Positions 44,524 through 52,926 of a DNA stretch of 64,000 nt are shown in pieces. Both the position numbers and the translations under genes were made by a program. The notes under the pieces were generated by a model that was not told the origin of the DNA, did no database searches, and saw only the letters and a program-made list of their open reading frames with translations. The stretch spans positions 10,671 through 74,670 of the forward strand of contig JANYDT010000218.1 of NCBI GenBank assembly GCA_025359845.1, in the 5' to 3' direction. How positions within the stretch are numbered: the stretch's first letter is position 1; every line of letters begins with the position of its first letter. This DNA is from Acidimicrobiia bacterium. GTDB taxonomy: Bacteria; Actinomycetota; Acidimicrobiia; Acidimicrobiales; JANYDT01.

Positions 44524-45797
44524 TGGCGATGGCTTTGCACAATCGAGAGATTCTTAGACTCGCCACGGCCGGATCGGTCGATGATGGCAAGTCGACTCTG
44601 ATCGGGCGGCTCCTCTACGACACCAAGTCCATTTTCGAAGATCAATTAGAAGCGGTCGAGCGAACATCGATTCAGATGGGATCGCAATATGTCAATTTGG
44701 CGCTCCTGACCGATGGACTCCGAGCCGAACGCGAGCAAGGCATCACCATCGATGTGGCCTATCGATATTTTGCTACGCCCAGGCGAAAGTTCATCATCGC
44801 CGACACTCCCGGCCATATTCAGTACACCCGCAACATGGTGACGGGCGCGTCGACGGCCGACCTTGCCCTTATTCTCATTGATGCCCGCAACGGCGTCGTC
44901 GAGCAGTCGCGGCGCCATGCCTTCATTTCTTCGCTCCTTCGCATCCCCCATCTCGTCGTATGCGTCAACAAGATGGACCTCGTCGGGTACGAGGAAGAGG
45001 CATACGAACTGGTCTGTGCCGAGTTCACCGAGTTCGCCCGCAAACTTGATGTGGGCGATGTTACTTTCATACCGATCTCCGCGCTGCACGGCGACAACGT
45101 CGTCGACCGCTCAGCGAGTATGGCCTGGTACCAAGGCACTTCGTTACTGCACCATCTTGAGCACGTTCATATTGCTTCCGACCGCAACCTTATCGACGCC
45201 CGGTTTCCGGTCCAGTACGTGATCCGTCCCTACAACGACGAGCACCATGACTATCGAGGTTTGGCCGGAACCGTCGCAGGAGGCATTTTCAAACCGGGTG
45301 ACGAGGTCATGGTATTGCCTTCGGGTTTGACGAGCCGAGTGGCCGCCATCGAAACGTTTGACGGATCGCTCGACGAAGCGTGCGCGCCGATGTCGGTAAC
45401 CATCCGATTGGCCGATGACCTCGATGTCTCGCGCGGCGACATGCTCTGTCGGCCCAACAACCAGCCGATGGTGGGTCAAGACATCGAAGCCATGGTCTGC
45501 TGGATGGGCGATCGCACACGCCTCACCGCCGGCGCCAAGCTGACCATCAAACACACCACCCGTACGGCTCGCGCCTTGGTGAAGGAACTGCGGTATCGAC
45601 TCGACATTAACTCGTTGCATCGCCAGGAGGGCGTCGAGTCACTCGGGCTGAACGACATCGGACGGGTTTCGTTGCGCACCACGCAACCGCTGTTCTTCGA
45701 CGAGTACCGGCGCAACCGCGCCACCGGAAGCTTCATTCTCATCGATGAATCATCGATGGCTACGGTCGGTGCCGGCATGATCATCGGTCCGGAATGA
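44523..45797 (+). CDS. cysN: Sulfate adenylyltransferase subunit 1 (GTPase)
   Basis: GSVDDGKSTLIGRLL, DTPGH, NKMDL. Confidence 0.9.
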   Translation: MAMALHNREILRLATAGSVDDGKSTLIGRLLYDTKSIFEDQLEAVERTSIQMGSQYVNLALLTDGLRAEREQGITIDVAYRYFATPRRKFIIADTPGHIQYTRNMVTGASTADLALILIDARNGVVEQSRRHAFISSLLRIPHLVVCVNKMDLVGYEEEAYELVCAEFTEFARKLDVGDVTFIPISALHGDNVVDRSASMAWYQGTSLLHHLEHVHIASDRNLIDARFPVQYVIRPYNDEHHDYRGLAGTVAGGIFKPGDEVMVLPSGLTSRVAAIETFDGSLDEACAPMSVTIRLADDLDVSRGDMLCRPNNQPMVGQDIEAMVCWMGDRTRLTAGAKLTIKHTTRTARALVKELRYRLDINSLHRQEGVESLGLNDIGRVSLRTTQPLFFDEYRRNRATGSFILIDESSMATVGAGMIIGPE

Positions 45798-46465
45798 CCG
45801 CGGAATCGTCTCCGTCTGGCTCTGGGCCGGGGCCGTCATCGTCTTCGGGCTCGGCCGCCGCCGATGGGCTCATCCCGCAGAACGTCGTGTGGCACTCTCC
45901 GATTGTCTCTCGCGAGGAGCGGTGGCGAGCCCTAGGTATACGAGGGGCGACGGTTTGGTTCACCGGCTTGTCGGGCTCGGGCAAGTCGACGATCGCGGCC
46001 GAAGTCGAACAGCTCCTCATTGCTCAACGCCAACCCACCTACCTGCTCGACGGCGACAATCTTCGCCACGGTCTCAACGGCGATTTGGGCTTCTCCACCA
46101 CCGATCGTGATGAGAATGTGCGTCGGGTCGCCGAGGTGGCCCGCCTGTTCGCCGACGCCGGTGTTGTCGCCCTCGTTCCCCTGATTTCGCCCTATCGACG
46201 CGGCCGCGACGGAGCGCGCGCACTCCACTCTGCGGCGGATTTGCCATTCTTCGAGGTATTTGTCGACACGCCGTTAGAAGAGTGTGAACGGCGAGACCCG
46301 AAGGGCCTCTACGCCAAAGTTAGGGCCGGCGAACTACGCAATTTTACGGGGATCGACGACCCGTATGAGGCACCTGAGTCTCCGGATTTGGTGCTTCGCC
46401 CCGGCGATGGATCAGCCCCCGAATTGGCAGCACGAGTGCTGGCGTTGCTCCCGCCGATGGGGTGA
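45794..46465 (+). CDS. cysC: Adenylyl-sulfate kinase (separate gene, Ser/Gly/Pro-rich N-terminal extension)
   Basis: VWFTGLSGSGKSTIA and LDGDNLRHGLN. ATGA overlap with cysN. Confidence 0.9.
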   Translation: MTAESSPSGSGPGPSSSSGSAAADGLIPQNVVWHSPIVSREERWRALGIRGATVWFTGLSGSGKSTIAAEVEQLLIAQRQPTYLLDGDNLRHGLNGDLGFSTTDRDENVRRVAEVARLFADAGVVALVPLISPYRRGRDGARALHSAADLPFFEVFVDTPLEECERRDPKGLYAKVRAGELRNFTGIDDPYEAPESPDLVLRPGDGSAPELAARVLALLPPMG

Positions 46466-46563
46466 CCAGGTCAAGTTGACACGGCCGGGTACGTTCTTCG
46501 AATCGAGCGAAAATTCGTCGTCCGCGATCAAATCGACGATGCGACGCCCGAGTTGTTGCGGCG

Positions 46564-46944
46564 CTACTTCGGGAGGTCGTCCGGAGTGAATGCGCCGGGC
46601 AACAGCTCGGCCATTGAGCGGGGCGGGGAGCCATCGACAAGCAGCTGCGGGCCGCCATGTTCGTGGAGCAATTGCCGGCACCGCCCGCATGGCGTGAGCG
46701 GCGACCCTGCCCCGTCCACGCACGACACCGCCACCAGGCGGCCCCCGCCACTGGCGTGGAGGGCGCTGATCATGGAGCACTCGGCGCACAACGTCAGCCC
46801 GTATGACGCGTTTTCGACGTTGCACCCAGCCACGATTCGGCCGTCTTCGGTCAGCCCGGCGGCGCCGACATGCAGTTTGGAGTACGGCGCATAGGCCCGC
46901 TGCGCGACCTGGGTCGCCGCTTGGCGAAGTGACCGCCAATCCAC
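46564..46944 (-). CDS. cdd: Cytidine deaminase
   Basis: Zinc motifs CAECSMI and PCGRCRQ. GTG 46944 gives a typical ~126-aa product. The track ORF extends to ATG 47157 through a Pro-rich segment. Confidence 0.8.
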   Translation of the reverse strand: MDWRSLRQAATQVAQRAYAPYSKLHVGAAGLTEDGRIVAGCNVENASYGLTLCAECSMISALHASGGGRLVAVSCVDGAGSPLTPCGRCRQLLHEHGGPQLLVDGSPPRSMAELLPGAFTPDDLPK

Positions 46945-47208
46945 GACACTGGGGTCGAGACGAGGCCGTGGAGCGCCGGCCGAAGATGGACCGGATGTAG
47001 GAGCGGCGGGCGGATCGCTCCGAGCCGGTAGATCGGTCTCGGCGTGGGGTGGCGTCGATGAGCGTTGGTCTTCGCGCTTCGGCAACGGGGGCATCGAGAG
47101 GTCTGACACAACAATGAAACTATCCGCGGTGCCGATCTTCGGCCGAGCCTTCGCCAATGCCTGTCTCCGGCTGACAAATAGGGTTGTCGGAGGGCCTAGC
47201 GTAGAGAA

Positions 47209-48861
47209 ATGCGCGCTGGGCCGAACCTCTCATCTTGGCCACGCGGCGGCGCGCCGCGCCAGTACAGGTGGCTGGGTCTTGGACTGGCCGTAATTGTCAC
47301 GGTCGGCGCAACGACATTGGCTGGGGCCTCAACCAAAATACCGTCAAGGCGACCTGCACACGCCGCACGCCTCGGCCGGAACCGTCGTCCTGGGCGCGTT
47401 TTAACGAAGCCGTCGACGATCGTGATCATGGTGCCCGAGGCCGCGCCGATCGCAGCCAGCGTAATTGCGCCCAGCTCAACGCCGGCACCAGTCCTGTCCA
47501 TCCCAACGACCCCGGCATCGGCCCCACCCACGACCGCCGCCCCCGATCCAGCCACAATCGCCGCGCCGCCAACCACGATCGCCGCACCTGCGCCAACCAC
47601 GACTGCGCCAGCGGTAAATCCGACGACCGCGCCCGCGGTGAGCGCGCCTACTGAGCCCTCGGTAAACGCGCCGCCCGCCAATGCGCCAACCACAACAATC
47701 GGGATCAGCCCGAGCGCCTACCTCGAAGCCGCGTTGGACCGCATTCAGCGGGCCAGCTTCAAGGTGCAGCGCAACCTCGTCGACATCGAACTCATCAAGG
47801 CCAACGCCCGCCAGCGGGCCACGAACGCGGCCAACCTCGTCGACACCTATCCGGCCATCCGAGAAGCCCTTCTCGGCCTGGGCGACGGTCACAGCAGCTT
47901 CGCCGACCCCGATGCGGCCAAGCGGCTCACGCAGGGTACAAGCACCGGATTCGGATTTGATCGCTTCCGGGGCGGCGTTGTGTTCCCGTATCCGGGCTCC
48001 CCTTCGTTTCTCGCGGGCATGCGCGATCTCGATCGCATCGTGGCCGTGAACGGCCGACCGGCCGAGGGGCCGACCGTCGCCGAATCCGCGCTCGACACTC
48101 TGCGTATCAGCGTTGTTCACCGGGGCGAAGGCGCACCTGTCGAGTTGAATATGACCCGAGGGGTGTACGACAGCGCCCGGTTGCCCCAGTTCACATCGAT
48201 CGGCCACATCGCCTATCTCGAGCTGCCCGGCACCCGCGGCACCGGCGCCAAAACGCAGGCTTTCATTCAAGCGGGCGTCGTCGCAACGCAGAGCGCTAAT
48301 CAGGTCGACAGCTGCGGCTGGGTGCTCGATGTGCGCCGCAACTCGGGCGGCTTTCCGTACCCCATGTTCGCCGCGATCGCCCCGCTGGTGGGCGAGGGCC
48401 TGTTCTTGAGTCAGGCTCGCACCGACCGGACCGATCCATGGGTATTGCTCGGGGGACGGGTCTACGTGAGCGGCGTAGCCGTCACCGATACCGGCAACGC
48501 CACCCCCCTTCGCCAGCCCGCCCCTCCTATTGCGGTGCTCACCAGCACGTCGACCGCCAGCGCCGGAGAGGCGGCCGTGCTGGCCATGATCGGACGACCC
48601 GACACCCGCATCTTCGGTGAACCAACAGTGGGAGTCACGTCCACGAACGTGGCCTACACCTTGGGCGACGGGTCACTCATGCAGGTGACCACCAGCTACG
48701 ACGTCGACCGCGCCGGCGTATTGCACGACGGCCGCATCGCTCCCGATCAAGCCCTCACCACCGATTGGTCCACCCTCGGTACCGATACCGACCCCACCCT
48801 CAATGCCGCGATCGCATGGCTCAACGAGCAACCCGCGTGCCGTACGGTGAGCGCGCCATGA
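47209..48861 (+). CDS. S41-family peptidase with N-terminal anchor and Pro/Thr/Ala-rich linker
   Basis: VLDVRRNSGGF and STSTASAGEAAVLAM (Ser nucleophile context). Membrane anchor WLGLGLAVIVTVGATTLAGA. Confidence 0.6.
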   Translation: MRAGPNLSSWPRGGAPRQYRWLGLGLAVIVTVGATTLAGASTKIPSRRPAHAARLGRNRRPGRVLTKPSTIVIMVPEAAPIAASVIAPSSTPAPVLSIPTTPASAPPTTAAPDPATIAAPPTTIAAPAPTTTAPAVNPTTAPAVSAPTEPSVNAPPANAPTTTIGISPSAYLEAALDRIQRASFKVQRNLVDIELIKANARQRATNAANLVDTYPAIREALLGLGDGHSSFADPDAAKRLTQGTSTGFGFDRFRGGVVFPYPGSPSFLAGMRDLDRIVAVNGRPAEGPTVAESALDTLRISVVHRGEGAPVELNMTRGVYDSARLPQFTSIGHIAYLELPGTRGTGAKTQAFIQAGVVATQSANQVDSCGWVLDVRRNSGGFPYPMFAAIAPLVGEGLFLSQARTDRTDPWVLLGGRVYVSGVAVTDTGNATPLRQPAPPIAVLTSTSTASAGEAAVLAMIGRPDTRIFGEPTVGVTSTNVAYTLGDGSLMQVTTSYDVDRAGVLHDGRIAPDQALTTDWSTLGTDTDPTLNAAIAWLNEQPACRTVSAP

Positions 48862-48916
48862 TCCCGGATAATCGCCGGCCCAGGAGCGAGCCAAATCGCG
48901 GGCACCGGAGCCAGCA

Positions 48917-49645
48917 ATGAGTCGGGCCATCGATTTACAGCGCCGCAAGCAAGCAGTACCCGACGACTTCGACCTCGTGGCCCGGTCATATGACCGGTTG
49001 GTGCGCCGCAATCCTGGTTACATCGAACACCTCCGGTTGTCGGCCGACCGCCTCGCCATTGCCGACCGAGGTAGAGGCGCGCGCCTGCTGGACTTGTGTT
49101 GCGGGACGGGGCTGTCGACCGAGGCCTTGGTCCGGGCGTATCCGGAAGCCGAAATCGTTGGGCTCGATGCGTCGTCGGGCATGCTCGCGCTCGCCCGTTC
49201 CAAACCGGCGTTGAGCCAGGCCACCTTCGTGCTCGGCGACGCCTCCGACCCGGCGGCAGCCGACATTGGCGGGCCCTTCGACGGCGTCCTCATGGCGTAC
49301 GGCATTCGCAATCTTCCCGAGCCCGATGTGGCCCTGGGCCGGATCTCCAACCTACTCAAGCCCGGCGCGCCGATCTGTTTCCACGAATATTCCGTCAAAG
49401 GCAACCCTCGAGCGGTCGCCATTTGGACGGGCGTGGCGTGGGCCGTCATCATTCCGAACGGGCTGGTAACAGCCCGCCATACCCGCATTTTTCGCTATCT
49501 GTGGCGAAGTGTCCTCGACTTCGACAGCCCTTCACAATTTGACGCTCGACTTCGACGGGCCGGATTCGTCGACCGGTACACGCTGCCGGTGCCGGGTTGG
49601 CAACGGGGCATCGTGCATTCGTTTCTGGCTCGGCGTCCTCGGTGA
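48917..49645 (+). CDS. Class I SAM-dependent methyltransferase
   Basis: Motif I LLDLCCGTGLS and post-I IVGLDAS. Confidence 0.75.
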   Translation: MSRAIDLQRRKQAVPDDFDLVARSYDRLVRRNPGYIEHLRLSADRLAIADRGRGARLLDLCCGTGLSTEALVRAYPEAEIVGLDASSGMLALARSKPALSQATFVLGDASDPAAADIGGPFDGVLMAYGIRNLPEPDVALGRISNLLKPGAPICFHEYSVKGNPRAVAIWTGVAWAVIIPNGLVTARHTRIFRYLWRSVLDFDSPSQFDARLRRAGFVDRYTLPVPGWQRGIVHSFLARRPR

Positions 49646-49664
49646 GCGGCCCACCGGATCCTGC

Positions 49665-51176
49665 GTGAACGGCCCGCCCGGGGCTCGCGACCGCCATGCG
49701 CGATCCATCCCCCAGGCCACAAAAGGGGCACCCTCCCTCCTTCTTCCGGGCAGCCGTAGCGCGGTTGTCATTGGCGCAGGACTGGCCGGTGTGGCCGCCG
49801 CCGTGGTGCTGGCCGAGCGCGGCGTCAAGGTCGAGATGCACGAAGCCGGGCCGGTTCTGGGGGGACGGGTCTCGTCGTGGCCTGACCTCGTGGGCGGCCA
49901 CGACGTTTCGATGGAACGCGGTTTTCATGCCTTCTTTCGCCAGTACTACAACGTGCGCGCTCTACTGCGTCGCGTTGATCCGGCGTTGCGAAGCCTTCGC
50001 GCCATCGACGACTATCCGCTGTTGGGGCTCGACGGGGCGAGCGAGTCCTTCGCCGGTTTGCCGCGGCGACCCCCACTCAACTTGGCTGCGCTGATCAAAC
50101 GCACGCCAACGTTGGGCCTCCGAGATCTGCGGGCGATGGACGGAAAGGTCGCAGCTGAGATGCTGGCCTTCGACGGAGATGTCACCTACGAGCGCTACGA
50201 CGCAATGAGTGCAGCGGAGTTTCTCGACGATGTGGGTTTTCCCACCGACGCACGGCGCATGCTGTTCGAAGTCTTCGCCCACAGTTTCTTCAATCCGGAA
50301 CAGTCAATGAGTGCGGCCGAAATGCTCATGATGTTTCATCTGTACTTTCTCGGCACGTCCGAAGGTCTGCTCTTCGACGTGCTCGACGAAACCTTTGACG
50401 ACGCCCTATGGCGCCCGCTACGTCGGTATCTCGAGAACCGAGGCGTGGTCATTCATACCGGTTCGGCCATCGTGACATGGACCGACCCCGAACGAATCGA
50501 CGGGTTGGTGTTGGCCCTTCCCGTTCGTCCGCTGCAGAAAGTTGTCGCGGCCAACCCCTGGCTCGGTACTGCGTCTTGGCGTGACGACGTCTCGGCGCTT
50601 CAACCGGCCCCTCCGTTCGCGGTGTGGAGGTTGTGGCTCGACCGACCCGTCCGGGCGGAACGAGCGCCGTTCGCCGGCACCGCCGGCATCGGGGTGATCG
50701 ACAACATCAGCGTGGTTGATCGGTATCAAGGCGAGGCCCACCGCTGGGCCCTCCGCACCGGCGGCGCGGTGATTGAGCTGCACGCGTACGCGCTGGCCCC
50801 CGAGTACGCCAATGACGACGCCCGCACGAAACAGGAACTTCTCGGCTCCCTTCATTTGCTCTACCCCGAGACTCGCACCGCTCGCATTCTCGACGACCGC
50901 TACTTAGTGCGCGATGACTGCCCTGGGTTCGCTCCGGGTTCTTGGGCGAGGCGCCCCGGAGTTCTGGTACCGATGCCGAAGGAGTCGTTGCTCCCGACCG
51001 TGGCGCTGGCCGGCGACGTCGTCAAGCTGCCCTTTCCCACCGCCCTCATGGAGCGCGCCGTTGCGAGTGGGTTCATGGCCGCCAACCACCTTCTCGGTCA
51101 ATGGGGTGTGCAGCCGGAGCGGGTGTGGTCGATCCGCCCGACTGGGCTCCTGGCCCGATTCCAGCATCGCTCATAA
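49665..51176 (+). CDS. FAD-dependent oxidoreductase (amine-oxidase/phytoene-desaturase-like fold)
   Basis: Dinucleotide motif AVVIGAGLAGVAAAVVLAERG...E...LGGR. Start placed at GTG 49665 inside track ORF 49509..51176. Confidence 0.7.
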   Translation: MNGPPGARDRHARSIPQATKGAPSLLLPGSRSAVVIGAGLAGVAAAVVLAERGVKVEMHEAGPVLGGRVSSWPDLVGGHDVSMERGFHAFFRQYYNVRALLRRVDPALRSLRAIDDYPLLGLDGASESFAGLPRRPPLNLAALIKRTPTLGLRDLRAMDGKVAAEMLAFDGDVTYERYDAMSAAEFLDDVGFPTDARRMLFEVFAHSFFNPEQSMSAAEMLMMFHLYFLGTSEGLLFDVLDETFDDALWRPLRRYLENRGVVIHTGSAIVTWTDPERIDGLVLALPVRPLQKVVAANPWLGTASWRDDVSALQPAPPFAVWRLWLDRPVRAERAPFAGTAGIGVIDNISVVDRYQGEAHRWALRTGGAVIELHAYALAPEYANDDARTKQELLGSLHLLYPETRTARILDDRYLVRDDCPGFAPGSWARRPGVLVPMPKESLLPTVALAGDVVKLPFPTALMERAVASGFMAANHLLGQWGVQPERVWSIRPTGLLARFQHRS

Positions 51177-51190
51177 CCGCGGGCCGCGCC

Positions 51191-51255
51191 GACGCATGAT
51201 TACGCGCCGCGACGCATGTTTACTCGACGCATGTTTACTCGCCGCGACGCATTAC
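51191..51255. repeat. Four imperfect tandem copies of GACGCATG(A/T)TTAC spanning the stop codon of the Rieske gene
   Basis: GACGCATGATTAC (51191), GACGCATGTTTAC (51211 and 51226), GACGCATTAC (51246). On the minus strand each copy repeats the terminal ATGCGTCG...TAA of the gene. Confidence 0.7.
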
Positions 51256-52179
51256 GAAGCGCCGTTCGGCGTATCGGGCGTCGTCAGTCCACAACCGGGA
51301 CGCCAACAGTCTCATGATGGGACGGATCGCTGGCGCGACGCGCCGGGCGTAGGCGAAACCGGCGCGATCCGACGTGGCGAGGGTCGCTTCGATGATCGCG
51401 GTTTGCGGACCTCCCGCCTGGTCGGCACGAATTAGGGGAGTCGCATGCGTCTCGACGACCGAGCCCGTCCCTTCGCCGTCGGTGATGGTCATTACGATCG
51501 TGCGCGGATCGGGGCAGTGGAATCGAGCTTTCACCGGTACCCCAAACCGGCCCGCAAACCGATACGTCACGTCAACGTCGAGGGCTTCGTCAGACTCGTG
51601 GGTGACCTCCAACTTCGAGAATGCGTAAGGGTGCAGATGAACTCCGTGCCACGGATCGAGTCGGTTGGCGATGATGTCTTCGGGTTCGCAGTTGGCCTGA
51701 CGCGTGATAACTGCGTCGATCGCGCGTAATGGTCGCGGGGCGAGGATCGGAGCTTCGGTCACTGTCGATGCGTCATCGTCGAGACGAGCCCAGACGAGCA
51801 CGCCATCGTCGTGCACCGCACGGGGTTTCCAGCCACCATGGCCTGCCGGTCCGAGCGCGAGACCGTGCCATGGACAAATGAGCAAGTCTCCGTCGACCCG
51901 CCCACACGAGAGATCAGCGCCGAGGTGCGGACACGCAGCCGGCGCCACGAACAGGCCTTCACCGCCCGAGGCGTTCCACGCCACCAACTCGTGGCCGTTG
52001 ATCATGAGACGTTTCGGTTTGGACAGGGCTCGCATGGCGCGAGTGGAGCCCACGACGAACCAACCACCGCTGGGCAACCTTTGTGACCGCGCGAGCGCAG
52101 CCTCGATCCGGGCCGGCTGAGCGAGCATCCAGTCACGGCGGCCCGGTGAGGTACGTCGTTCGGGCATGCCCCCCAGCAT
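51235..52179 (-). CDS. Rieske [2Fe-2S] domain protein with DUF5914-like C-terminal domain
   Basis: Rieske motifs CPHLGADL and CPWHG. Alternative ATG at 52167. Confidence 0.75.
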   Translation of the reverse strand: MLGGMPERRTSPGRRDWMLAQPARIEAALARSQRLPSGGWFVVGSTRAMRALSKPKRLMINGHELVAWNASGGEGLFVAPAACPHLGADLSCGRVDGDLLICPWHGLALGPAGHGGWKPRAVHDDGVLVWARLDDDASTVTEAPILAPRPLRAIDAVITRQANCEPEDIIANRLDPWHGVHLHPYAFSKLEVTHESDEALDVDVTYRFAGRFGVPVKARFHCPDPRTIVMTITDGEGTGSVVETHATPLIRADQAGGPQTAIIEATLATSDRAGFAYARRVAPAIRPIMRLLASRLWTDDARYAERRFVMRRGE

Positions 52180-52195
52180 GACCGAACCGCGCTAG

Positions 52196-52831
52196 TTACT
52201 TGTTGGGTTGGGGGACCACCCGAAGGTACGGCTTGACCGTTTTCCAGCCGTTCGGAAACAACGTCTTGGCTTCGTCATCGGTGACGGCCCCGCCGATAAT
52301 GACGTCATCGCCATCTTTCCAGTCTACGGGCGTGGCCACTTTGAACTTGGCCGTCAGCTGAAGGGAGTCGATAACACGGAGGATCTCGTCAAAGTTGCGC
52401 CCGGTCGAAGCCGGATACGTGATCATGAGCTTGACCTTCTTGTCGGGCCCGATCACGAACACCGAACGCACCGTCATGGTGTCGTTGGCGTTGGGATGGA
52501 TCATGTCGTAGAGATCACTGACCTTGCGGTCGGCGTCGCCAATCATCGGAAAGTTGACCGCTTCGCCCTGCGTCTCCTCGATGTCTTTTTCCCACTGGAC
52601 ATGGCTGGTCACCGGATCGACCGACAGGCCGATCACCTTGACGTTGCGCTTGTCGAATTGCGCCTTCAGCTTGGCTACCCGGCCCAGTTCGGTAGTGCAT
52701 ACCGGCGTGAAGTCTTTTGGATGGCTGAACAAGACACCCCAACTGTCGCCGAGCCAGCTGTGAAAGTTGATCGACCCGTCCGTGGTGTCGGCGGTGAAAT
52801 CGGGGGCGGTGTCGCCGAGGCGCAGTCCCAT
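52196..52831 (-). CDS. 1-Cys peroxiredoxin (Prx6 type)
   Basis: LGDTAPDF...WGVLFSHPKDFTPVCTTELG. Confidence 0.9.
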   Translation of the reverse strand: MGLRLGDTAPDFTADTTDGSINFHSWLGDSWGVLFSHPKDFTPVCTTELGRVAKLKAQFDKRNVKVIGLSVDPVTSHVQWEKDIEETQGEAVNFPMIGDADRKVSDLYDMIHPNANDTMTVRSVFVIGPDKKVKLMITYPASTGRNFDEILRVIDSLQLTAKFKVATPVDWKDGDDVIIGGAVTDDEAKTLFPNGWKTVKPYLRVVPQPNK

Positions 52832-52881
52832 TGTGATGACCTCCTGGTCAATGGCAGAACGAATCGACGCAGTGTATCTGA

Positions 52882-52906
52882 ATTCCCGATCAAATCAGTC
52901 GGGAAT
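52882..52906 (-). terminator. Hairpin downstream of the S8 peptidase gene
   Basis: ATTCCCGA-[9 nt]-TCGGGAAT: 8-bp stem, followed on the minus strand by an A/U-richer stretch but no clear U tract. Confidence 0.35.
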
Positions 52907-52926
52907 CAGCACTACCCCTTTCCGAA

